Origin: Synechococcus elongatus PCC 6301
GTDB lineage: Bacteria; Cyanobacteriota; Cyanobacteriia; Synechococcales; Synechococcaceae
Direction: 5' to 3'
Assembly: GCF_000010065.1 (NCBI RefSeq)
Contig: NC_006576.1
Location: 60,001-92,000, forward strand
Length of the DNA stretch: 32,000 bases
Shown here: piece by piece, positions 24,722 to 32,000 of the stretch
How the letters are laid out: every line of letters starts with the position of its first letter
Numbering within the stretch: the first letter of the stretch is position 1
Notes under the pieces: generated by a model
The model's input: the letters and a program-made list of their open reading frames with translations, nothing else
What the model was told of the DNA's origin: nothing
The model's database searches: none
Program-made: the position numbers and the translations under genes

Positions 24722-25900
24722 ATGGATTTCGGAATCGGTTTTCTTTCGAGCAACGTGATGTTGCCGATCCTAGACTTCTTCTACGGATTGGTGCCTAGCT
24801 ACGGTCTGGCAATTATTGCCCTGACCTTGGTGATTCGGATCGCGCTTTATCCCCTCAGTGCCGGTGCGATTCGCAACGCGCGCCGCATGCGGATTGCCAA
24901 CCCTGTCATGCAGAAGCGGCAACAGGAAATTCGGGAGCGCTATGCCAATGACCCCAGCAAGCTCCAGGAAGAAACCGCCAAGTTATTTAAGGAATTTGGT
25001 AACCCGCTAGCGGGTTGCTTCCCCTTATTGCTGCAAATGCCGCTGCTGTTTGCGCTGTTTGCCACCCTACGGGGATCGCCCTTCGCGGACATCAATTACA
25101 CCGTCAACTTGCAGGTTCTGCCCTCGGAGCAGATTGCCCAAGTTCAGCCCCGCGCTTTTTCGACCAAGCCCCAAAACGTCTTTGTGGCGGATGGGGTCCA
25201 CTACCGCGTTGCAGCCGTCCTGCCAGCTGGCACCCAGCTCGGGGTAGGCGATCGCTCGGCGGTAACTTTCCAAGGGACCAAGGGAGAGTCGTTTGAATCC
25301 TTAGTGGGCGATCGCGCGGCTGACTTAAAGCCAACTTGGAGTGTGACCAAGGGTAGCGAGCACATTCGTGTCGGTGAAGACGGGGTTGTCGAAGCCGTTT
25401 CGCCTGGTGATGCGACCCTGCAAGTCACCATTCCGGGCATCGCTGCTAACAATGGCTTCCTGTTCATCAAAGCCTTGGGCGAAGTCGGCATCCAGAGCGA
25501 AGACGGCATTAACTGGGATGTCTTGGGTCTTGTGTTGGCCTTTGGTGTCAGCCTCTACGTGAGCCAACAGCTCTCTTCGCAAGGTGCCGCCCCCAATCCT
25601 CAGCAAGATCAGGTCAACAAGATCACGCCGGTGCTGTTCTCGGGCATGTTCCTGTTCTTCCCGCTACCGGCTGGGGTTTTGATGTACATGGTGATCGCCA
25701 ACATCTTCCAGACCTTGCAGACCTTTATCCTGATGCGGGAACCCCTGCCGGAAAACCTACAAAAGCTGGTGACTGAAGGGGCTGGTGCTGCTGGTGGTAG
25801 CGGTCTGAGTGCAGCTACGGCGAAAAACCAGACCATCGACACGACGGCGGAACGGTTGCCCTTTGAGCCGGGCGGCAATCGCAAGAAGAAAAACGGATGA
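24722..25900 (+). CDS. yidC: Membrane protein insertase YidC/Oxa1/Alb3 family
   Basis: 392-aa ORF with conserved strings [39 protein letters not shown] and [20 protein letters not shown]. Confidence 0.95.
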   Translation: MDFGIGFLSSNVMLPILDFFYGLVPSYGLAIIALTLVIRIALYPLSAGAIRNARRMRIANPVMQKRQQEIRERYANDPSKLQEETAKLFKEFGNPLAGCFPLLLQMPLLFALFATLRGSPFADINYTVNLQVLPSEQIAQVQPRAFSTKPQNVFVADGVHYRVAAVLPAGTQLGVGDRSAVTFQGTKGESFESLVGDRAADLKPTWSVTKGSEHIRVGEDGVVEAVSPGDATLQVTIPGIAANNGFLFIKALGEVGIQSEDGINWDVLGLVLAFGVSLYVSQQLSSQGAAPNPQQDQVNKITPVLFSGMFLFFPLPAGVLMYMVIANIFQTLQTFILMREPLPENLQKLVTEGAGAAGGSGLSAATAKNQTIDTTAERLPFEPGGNRKKKNG

Positions 25901-26403
25901 CCCACGAGCTCGCGCTGAATCAAGGACAAGCTTGGCTAACTGAAACACTGCAACTGATGGGATGTCCGGTTGCAGTCTCGGCCGAATTGCGGACAGAGGC
26001 AGTTCGGCCCGACCCCGAAGGCTGGTTGGAGCTGGATCCGGAAGGTGAGCTCTTGCCAGAGCGAGCAGCCGCCTTAATTGGCGATCGCGGGGTAGCGATC
26101 GATGCCTTGCAGTTCTTGGCTAACCTGGCTCTCAATCAGCATCGAGCAGCGGACGATCACCTCCATTTCACCTTGGAGCTGGGGGGCTACCGGCAGCAAC
26201 GTCGGCAACTCTTGAGTCAAATCGCTATCCAAGTAGCCGATCGTGTCTTGAGTTCTGGGGAACCAGAAAAGCTGGAGGACTATTCCTCCGCCGATCGCCG
26301 AGTGCTGCATGAGCTGTTTGAGGCTTATCCTCACCTGCAGGCCGTGAGTGAAGGGCGGGAACCCCATCGATCGCTGCTGATCAGCCGTCGCGCTGAGGAA
26401 TAA
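25897..26403 (+). CDS. Jag/SpoIIIJ-associated-type RNA-binding protein (KH/R3H-like)
   Basis: 168-aa ORF whose start overlaps the yidC stop (ATGA). It has an R3H-like C-terminus ([12 protein letters not shown]...[13 protein letters not shown]) and canonical yidC-jag synteny. Confidence 0.75.
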   Translation: MTHELALNQGQAWLTETLQLMGCPVAVSAELRTEAVRPDPEGWLELDPEGELLPERAAALIGDRGVAIDALQFLANLALNQHRAADDHLHFTLELGGYRQQRRQLLSQIAIQVADRVLSSGEPEKLEDYSSADRRVLHELFEAYPHLQAVSEGREPHRSLLISRRAEE

Positions 26404-26405
26404 CC

Positions 26406-26913
26406 ATGGCCCGATCGCTACTTCGCGCCTTCCCAATTCAGCAACTACTCCAGCAACCCCAGCAAACCCGCAGCTGGGAACTAGCAGAGCCAGTTGAAGG
26501 CTTTGAGAGTCTGACACCAGTGCAGGGTGAGTTAACGGTGCGCCACGGCCATAGCTTCTTGGAAGTGACTGCTACCGCTGAGACGATCGTCAATCTCACC
26601 TGCGATCGCTGCCTCTGGCTGCTACAACCACCGCCTCCAAGTCAATACGCGGGAGCTAATCTGGCTACGGGGTGAAACGCCCGAGTTGATGGAATGGGAG
26701 CCAGAGGACGAACTAAAGGAGAGCTTGCCGCCGGACGGCAGTTTTGATCCGCAGCAATGGCTCTACGAGCAGCTGTGCTTAGCCCTGCCGCTGCGTAATG
26801 TCTGCGCTGAAGATTGTCCTGGCCCTGCGCAACCTGAATCGGAGTCCCCGCCCAGCGTCGTTGACGATCGCTGGTTGGCACTGGCCAAACTGCGTGATCG
26901 CCTCGGAGAATGA
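26406..26913 (+). pseudogene. YceD/DUF177-family protein gene, split into two ORFs by an apparent +1 frameshift near 26616-26622
   Basis: ORF 26406-26675 (frame 0) carries ...NLTCDRCL. The family continuation YNHRLQVNTRELIWL...LCLALPLRNVCAEDCPG runs in frame 1 through ORF 26686-26913. I verified this codon by codon. Confidence 0.7.
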
Positions 26914-28415
26914 ACTCTTTTCAAGCAGAACTCGGCCTCCTGTTGCGGGCGCGCTATCCCGTGCTCTATCTCGCCACCACTGAAGAGGAGCGGGCTGAAG
27001 CTGCGATCGCGGCGGTCGCTAAAAGTCAGGGCGATCGGGCAGTTTACTGCTGGGATTTTGTCGAGGGCTACCAAGGCACAGCCAACAGTGAAGGCTTTGG
27101 TAAGCGCAATCCGCTACAGGCTCTGGAATATCTCGATCAGTTACCGGCGACTGCTCCAGCACTGGTCATTCTGCGTGACTTCCATCGCTTCTTGGAAGAT
27201 GCCGCCGTCTCGCGCAAGCTGCGCAACCTAGCGCGACGTCTCAAATCCCAGCCGAAAAACTTGTTGATCCTCAGCAGTCGCTTGGCGATTCCCGACGACC
27301 TAGCTGAGGTGATCACCGTCGTCGAGTTCCCGCTGCCGACGGCAACCGAAATTCGGGTCGAGCTGCAGCGGCTGCTGCAAGCCACCGGTCAGCGCTTCTC
27401 CGAAGCAAATTTAGATGCAGTAGTGCGCAGCTGCCAAGGACTGTCTCTAGAACGGATTCGCCGCGTTATTGCCCGCGCGATCGCCAAGCATGGCGAGCTG
27501 AATAGCGAAGATTTCGATCTGATTCTGGAAGAAAAACGCCAGACGATCCGCCAGACCCAAATCCTTGACTTCATTCCGGCCCACGAGCAGATGTCGGACA
27601 TTGGCGGCTTGGATCTGCTCAAGGAATGGCTGCTACGCCGTGGTGGTGCGTTCTCCGAGGCCGCCCGTCGCTACGGCTTGCCCCACCCGCGCGGACTGTT
27701 GCTGGCCGGAATTCAGGGCACTGGCAAGTCCCTGACTGCCAAAGCGATCGCTCACTATTGGCATCTGCCCTTGCTGCGGTTGGACGTTGGGCGCTTGTTT
27801 GCGGGTCTGGTGGGGGAATCCGAGGCTCGTACCCGCCAGATGATTCAAATTGCTGAGGCTTTATCGCCCTGCGTGCTCTGGATCGATGAAATTGACAAAG
27901 CCTTCGCCGGGTTGGATGGACGCGGCGATAGCGGCACTGCCAATCGTGTTTTTGGCACGGTCTTGACTTGGATGGCCGAGAAGCAAAGCGCCGTCTTCGT
28001 GGTGGCGACTGCGAATAATGTCACCAGCTTGCCACCAGAGCTGCTGCGCAAGGGCCGCTTCGATGAAATCTTCTTTGTCGGGCTGCCAAATCAAGAGGAA
28101 CGCCGCGCCATTTTTGAAGTCCATCTCAATCGGCTCCGTCCTTCAAGCCTACGCAACTATGACCTAGAGCGGCTGGCAGCGGCCACGCCTGGCTTTTCGG
28201 GGGCTGAAATTGAACAAGCGCTGATTGAAGCGATGCACCTTGGCTTTAGCCAAAGTCGCGACTTTAACACTGATGATGTGATTGATGCGATCGGACAGTT
28301 GGTGCCCTTAGCGCGGACGGCCCAGCAACAAATCCAGCAGCTTCAGGAATGGGCAGCATTAGGTCGGGTCCGACCAGCTTCCAACGCGATGTTGCCGCGC
28401 CCCGAGGGTCTCTAG
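26910..28415 (+). CDS. ycf46: Ycf46-type AAA+ ATPase
   Basis: 501-aa ORF with the N-terminus [28 protein letters not shown] typical of Ycf46. Walker A is GIQGTGKS and Walker B is VLWIDEIDK. Second region of homology: [25 protein letters not shown]. The start overlaps the DUF177 stop (ATGA). Confidence 0.85.
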   Translation: MNSFQAELGLLLRARYPVLYLATTEEERAEAAIAAVAKSQGDRAVYCWDFVEGYQGTANSEGFGKRNPLQALEYLDQLPATAPALVILRDFHRFLEDAAVSRKLRNLARRLKSQPKNLLILSSRLAIPDDLAEVITVVEFPLPTATEIRVELQRLLQATGQRFSEANLDAVVRSCQGLSLERIRRVIARAIAKHGELNSEDFDLILEEKRQTIRQTQILDFIPAHEQMSDIGGLDLLKEWLLRRGGAFSEAARRYGLPHPRGLLLAGIQGTGKSLTAKAIAHYWHLPLLRLDVGRLFAGLVGESEARTRQMIQIAEALSPCVLWIDEIDKAFAGLDGRGDSGTANRVFGTVLTWMAEKQSAVFVVATANNVTSLPPELLRKGRFDEIFFVGLPNQEERRAIFEVHLNRLRPSSLRNYDLERLAAATPGFSGAEIEQALIEAMHLGFSQSRDFNTDDVIDAIGQLVPLARTAQQQIQQLQEWAALGRVRPASNAMLPRPEGL

Positions 28416-28554
28416 GGCGCGGTCTGCAAGAAAGATTGGGGTTGCTCAAGGCAATCTAAGTTGGATTGACAGTCCGAATGCTTCAGACAGACGCGATCGC
28501 TACTGCTCGCACAGTCTTCAGGAACGGCACGAGCAGATCACAATCACAACAAAA

Positions 28555-30123
28555 CTAAGCCGCGATCGCCGTTTCTGGGGCGTGACGTTCTGCCTGCTCC
28601 AAGTAGGCTTGGAGTTGCGCTTCAATCTGGTTGCGGACGATCTCGCGGTACTCCATGAAGTGCTCATTATGGGCACAGACAGCGATGTACTGTTCTGCCA
28701 CTGCTGGATTGCGACGCAGAATGCTGAACAGGTGATGCCAGAACAGCCAGCGGGTTTTGCGAACCACGCCTTGACGCCAGCAGACTAGTAATAGTGCCCG
28801 CACGACCACCCATTCCGGCCACTGAAACTTGGGTTGTACCCGAGGCGCGCCCAGCTTGAGGAAGTATCGATAAACCCGATTCAGGTATTGCACCGGCTCG
28901 TAGAGCTTCCCGAAGGCATCAATATATTCACGAGCAATATCTTCGACCGGACGGGTGGGCACAAAGTTCATCAACGTTGTCTGGTTGATGTTGGCATCCG
29001 GTAGCCGTAGACGACCTTCTTTTTCCAGACGATGCCAGAGCGCCGTATTGGGGAGTGCTTGCAGCATGGCAAAGGTGGTCGTGGGAATGCCCGTCACTTC
29101 GGCAAAATCGACGATGCGCTGACCTGCACCCGGTTTCTCGCCATCGAAGCCGATGATGAAGCCAGCAATCACTCGCAGGCCCGATCGCGTCACCTTATCG
29201 ATCGACTCCAGTAGCGGCGATCGCGTGTTTTGAAACTTCTTGGTCAGCTGCAGACTGTCGGTGTCAGGTGTTTCGATACCCATAAACACCGCCGCGAAGT
29301 TGCAGTCGAGCATCAACTCGATCAGCTCATCGTCATCAGCCAAGTCCAGGGACGCTTCCGTATCAAAGCGGAAGGGGTAGCCACGCTCGGACTGCCAAAC
29401 TTTCAGGTCTTGCAGCAACCGTTTGACATTGCGCTTATTACCAATGAAGTTGTCATCGACCATAAACACGCCGCCGCGCCAGCCAAGGTCATAGAGCGCC
29501 TGCAGTTCTGCCAGCAGTTGCTGTGGCTCCTTGGTGCGGGGTTTGCGACCGTAGAGCACGATGATGTCGCAGAACTCGCACTGGAACGGGCAACCCCGCG
29601 AGAACTGCACCGACATCGAGTCGTAGGCACTGCGCTCTAGCAGGTCGTAGCGCGGAATCGGCGTGGTCGTCACATCCGGTTTTTCGCCATTGGAGCTAAA
29701 GCGACCCTGAGTCTCGCCTCGTTCCAAGGCTTCAACAAACATCGGCAGCGTGATTTCGCCCTCGTCAAGGATCAGGAAGTCAACGCCAGCTGCTTCCATT
29801 TCCTCGGGCACTGAGGTGGGGTAGGGGCCTCCAACAGCAACGCGCTTGCCATGCTGCTTCGCAAGGGAAATCTGATCGACCATGTCCTCTTTCTGGACAA
29901 TCATGGCCGACAAAATCACAATGTCGGCCCAAGCCCACTCTTCTTCAGTGACGGCGCGGATATTGCGGTCAACCAACTTAAATTCCCATTCCTGCGGCAG
30001 GATGGCGGCGACAGTCACCAACCCCAGCGGCGGTAACAACACTTTCCGATTGACGAGTTCCAGAATTTTTTCGTAGGACCAGAACGTTTTGGGAAAGCGA
30101 GGATAAATCAGTAAAGCGCGCAT
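28555..30123 (-). CDS. B12-binding-domain radical SAM protein with C-terminal DUF4070-like extension
   Basis: 522-aa ORF with an N-terminal cobalamin-binding-like domain (ADIVILSAM...) and radical SAM CX3CX2C (RGCPFQCEFCD). The long C-terminal region resembles the DUF4070 family as I recall it. Confidence 0.85.
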   Translation of the reverse strand: MRALLIYPRFPKTFWSYEKILELVNRKVLLPPLGLVTVAAILPQEWEFKLVDRNIRAVTEEEWAWADIVILSAMIVQKEDMVDQISLAKQHGKRVAVGGPYPTSVPEEMEAAGVDFLILDEGEITLPMFVEALERGETQGRFSSNGEKPDVTTTPIPRYDLLERSAYDSMSVQFSRGCPFQCEFCDIIVLYGRKPRTKEPQQLLAELQALYDLGWRGGVFMVDDNFIGNKRNVKRLLQDLKVWQSERGYPFRFDTEASLDLADDDELIELMLDCNFAAVFMGIETPDTDSLQLTKKFQNTRSPLLESIDKVTRSGLRVIAGFIIGFDGEKPGAGQRIVDFAEVTGIPTTTFAMLQALPNTALWHRLEKEGRLRLPDANINQTTLMNFVPTRPVEDIAREYIDAFGKLYEPVQYLNRVYRYFLKLGAPRVQPKFQWPEWVVVRALLLVCWRQGVVRKTRWLFWHHLFSILRRNPAVAEQYIAVCAHNEHFMEYREIVRNQIEAQLQAYLEQAERHAPETAIAA

Positions 30124-30307
30124 GGTAGCAGATGGGCGGGGTGCCCTTAGTCTTTCACAACTTTTGCGAAAGTGTAGACTCCGCTGTCAGTCATTCATCT
30201 GGCTGCGATCGCATCTGGGTGTTCGCTAGAGCACAAACAGCCTGTCTCGCTACACCCCTTGGCAAACCTGTGTTAATGATCAAACTCAAGCACTTCACCG
30301 AGAACTC

Positions 30308-30400
30308 ATGTCAGCGGAAAAACCTTGTCAGCACTGCGGTCGCACCAGTACCAATGGCAAAAAATGCAAGGGAAAGTGTGTCGGTGACAGTGACTATTAA
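30308..30400 (+). CDS. Candidate 30-aa Cys-rich micro-ORF (MSAEKPCQHCGRTSTNGKKCKGKCVGDSDY)
   Basis: ATG 30308 to TAA 30398-30400, read codon by codon. It has a CxxC...CxxxC pattern. It is divergent from the radical SAM gene across a 184-bp spacer. Only a weak gaga RBS-like string is present. No homology check was possible. Confidence 0.25.
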   Translation: MSAEKPCQHCGRTSTNGKKCKGKCVGDSDY

Positions 30401-30691
30401 AGTTACTGGTGCACCATCAAGAATCAATTACTAGAACAGCGATCGCAATCAGCCAGGCATTGCGCGAGATTGTCTAGCCTTGATCTCAACTAAAGACTTT
30501 AATCTTTTCTTTAGCTTTTAGGATTACAGGTAGTCGCAATGCGATAGTGCAGGTCCCCAGCCTGCGATTGCTGATCATCCACGAAGAAGACACCGCGAGC
30601 CATGGCGGCCAGCCGCCGAAGCTCTGACAAACAGAGGCACAGGTTAGGCTGAAAAGGCTCTTGGCGATCGCCCGTTCTCCCTTGCACCTCT

Positions 30692-32000
30692 ATGGCTGTT
30701 GCTTCACTGTCCTGCCCAGAATTGTTGGCACCTGCGGGCGACTGGGACTGTCTGCGAGCTGCGATTGAAAATGGGGCGGATGCCGTCTACTTCGGCCTCG
30801 ATCGCTTTAATGCACGGATGCGAGCCCACAACTTTACCGAGGCGGATCTACCAAAAGTGGTGGCGACGCTTCACCAACGGGGGCTCAAAGCTTATGTCAC
30901 CCTCAATACCCTGATCTTCCCGCAGGAACTCCCTGCTGCTGAGCAATACCTGCGATCGATCATCAGTGCCGGCGTCGATGCCGCGATCGTGCAGGACGTG
31001 GGGTTGTGTCGGCTGATTCGGCACCTCTCGCCGACCTTCCCGATCCACGCCTCCACTCAAATGACGATCAGTAGCGCAGCAGGTGTGGCTTTTGCCCACG
31101 ATCTGGGCTGTCAACTTGTGGTGTTAGCGCGGGAAAATTCTCTTGCCGAAATCCAAAAAATTCGCCAACAAACGACGGTTCTGAACAAAGCGTTGCCGCT
31201 GGAGGTCTTTGTCCACGGCGCATTGTGCGTGGCTTACAGCGGCGCTTGCCTCACCTCCGAAGCCTTGGGTGGGCGATCGGCCAATCGCGGCGAATGTGCC
31301 CAAGCTTGCCGCATGAGCTACGACCTGATTGCTGATGGTCAGACGATTGACCTAGGCGATCGCCAGTACTTGCTCAGTCCCCAAGATTTGATGGGCATTG
31401 AACTGTTGCCGGAACTGATCGCAGCTGGCGTCTGCAGTCTCAAAATCGAAGGTCGGCTCAAGGCACCCGAGTATGTGGCTAGTGTGACCCGCCGCTATCG
31501 CGAGGCGATTGATCGCGCTTGGTTGGGACAAAGCACAGAACTACCTCCCAGCGATCGCTATGAACTAGAGATGGCCTTTTCGCGGGGCCTCTCCTCTGGC
31601 TGGTTGCAGGGCATTGATAATCAAGCGTTAGTTCAAGGTCGCTACGCCAAAAAGCGAGGTGTTGATCTAGGGAGCGTCTTGGCAGTCGATCGCCGGGGCA
31701 TTCAGGTCGAGCCGCTAGTGCCGATTCAGGCTGGAGATGGCTTGCTAATTGAAACCGAGCGGGGCGATCGCGGCGGCCGTGTCTATCAGGTGGAACCGAT
31801 CGCAGGTCAACGTCTGCGCCTTTGTTTCAGCCGCGATTTTGATCTGCGAGCCGTGCAAGTGGGCGATCGCCTCTGGAAAACCAGTGATCCTGCTCTCGAA
31901 AAAGAACTGCGCCAAAGTTTTAGTGCGGAGCAACCCCGCTGGAAGCAGCCGGTGGATCTAACAGTGCAGGGTGCGATCGATCAGCCCTTAGTTGTGATTG
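30692..32000 (+). CDS. U32-family protein (annotated class 'peptidase U32'; Fe-S motif of the U32 hydroxylase group), 3'-truncated by the window end
   Basis: Open frame from ATG 30692 to the window edge, absent from the track because it has no stop. Product MAVASLSCPELLAPAGDWDCLRAAIENGADAVYFGLDRFNARMRA... with the U32 signature EVFVHGALCVAYSGACLTS. Confidence 0.9.
   Translation, partial: MAVASLSCPELLAPAGDWDCLRAAIENGADAVYFGLDRFNARMRAHNFTEADLPKVVATLHQRGLKAYVTLNTLIFPQELPAAEQYLRSIISAGVDAAIVQDVGLCRLIRHLSPTFPIHASTQMTISSAAGVAFAHDLGCQLVVLARENSLAEIQKIRQQTTVLNKALPLEVFVHGALCVAYSGACLTSEALGGRSANRGECAQACRMSYDLIADGQTIDLGDRQYLLSPQDLMGIELLPELIAAGVCSLKIEGRLKAPEYVASVTRRYREAIDRAWLGQSTELPPSDRYELEMAFSRGLSSGWLQGIDNQALVQGRYAKKRGVDLGSVLAVDRRGIQVEPLVPIQAGDGLLIETERGDRGGRVYQVEPIAGQRLRLCFSRDFDLRAVQVGDRLWKTSDPALEKELRQSFSAEQPRWKQPVDLTVQGAIDQPLVVI

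Larger units (their letters stand above)
1..32000. repeat. Dispersed HIP1 octamer GCGATCGC (highly iterated palindrome of cyanobacteria)
   Basis: Exact copies read at 50-57, 242-249, 671-678, 1346-1353, 3962-3969, 17926-17933 and 18534-18541, with many more throughout, inside and between genes. Confidence 0.95.

Noticed and set aside
28416-28554. Possible terminator or ncRNA between convergent ycf46 and the radical SAM gene
   Set aside because: Only weak, interrupted stems are present (for example ctgctcg...cgagcag with a 19-nt loop), with no U-tract. There is nothing I can support as a feature.
30132-30434. 100-aa plus-strand ORF in the radical SAM / U32 spacer
   Set aside because: It starts 9 nt from the divergent radical SAM start codon, leaving no room for a promoter. 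The composition looks random. It overlaps the more structured 30-aa Cys-rich ORF in another frame. An old annotation may call it hypothetical, but I cannot support it.
30511-30603. 30-aa minus-strand ORF MARGVFFVDDQQSQAGDLHYRIATTCNPKS
   Set aside because: It has no RBS, no motif and no partner. It is chance-sized, so I kept only the Cys-rich plus-strand ORF as a low-confidence candidate.
1-32000. Search for CRISPR arrays, tRNA/rRNA genes, IS elements, integrases, toxin-antitoxin or known defence genes
   Set aside because: I found no direct-repeat arrays, no tRNA-like T-arm/acceptor patterns in the intergenic gaps, and no transposase or integrase-like ORFs. The gene order matches a conserved core region, so I found no hidden island beyond the intein.

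Overview
This is a cyanobacterial chromosomal core region, almost certainly Synechococcus elongatus (PCC 7942/6301 lineage). The HIP1 octamer GCGATCGC recurs every few hundred bp, and the Ado/Aar proteins match the S. elongatus sequences I know. All calls come from motif recognition and recall; no searches were run. I support about 33 protein genes. In window order on the plus strand: a creatininase-family hydrolase, the alkane pair ado-aar with accA, an SDR and folE, a PhzF-like protein, a SpoIID-domain protein, and an Ap4A phosphorylase-type ATP adenylyltransferase. Next come a DUF2256 zinc-ribbon protein (minus), a SpoU-type RNA methyltransferase, a membrane-anchored class A beta-lactamase-like hydrolase, a DUF3370-like protein, a small membrane protein (minus), a fasciclin protein, an SLH/OprB-type porin (minus) and manC. 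These are followed by class II ribonucleotide reductase nrdJ, which carries a 370-aa LAGLIDADG intein, and pntB-pntA2-pntA1 (minus). The last block is a DUF2808-like protein, the rpmH-rnpA-PH-yidC-jag cluster, a split YceD/DUF177 gene, a Ycf46-type AAA+ ATPase, a B12-binding radical SAM enzyme (minus) and a 3'-truncated U32-family protein. I saw no tRNA, rRNA, CRISPR array, transposase or recognisable defence system. I did not find a convincing wholly new multi-gene system. The items most worth follow-up are: the intein inside the RNR active-site motif; apparent single-base frameshifts in the porin 3' end and in the DUF177 gene; a U32 'peptidase' with the full Fe-S hydroxylase cysteine motif next to a B12-radical SAM gene and an unannotated 30-aa Cys-rich ORF; and a beta-lactamase-like/DUF3370 pair separated only by an in-frame TAG.
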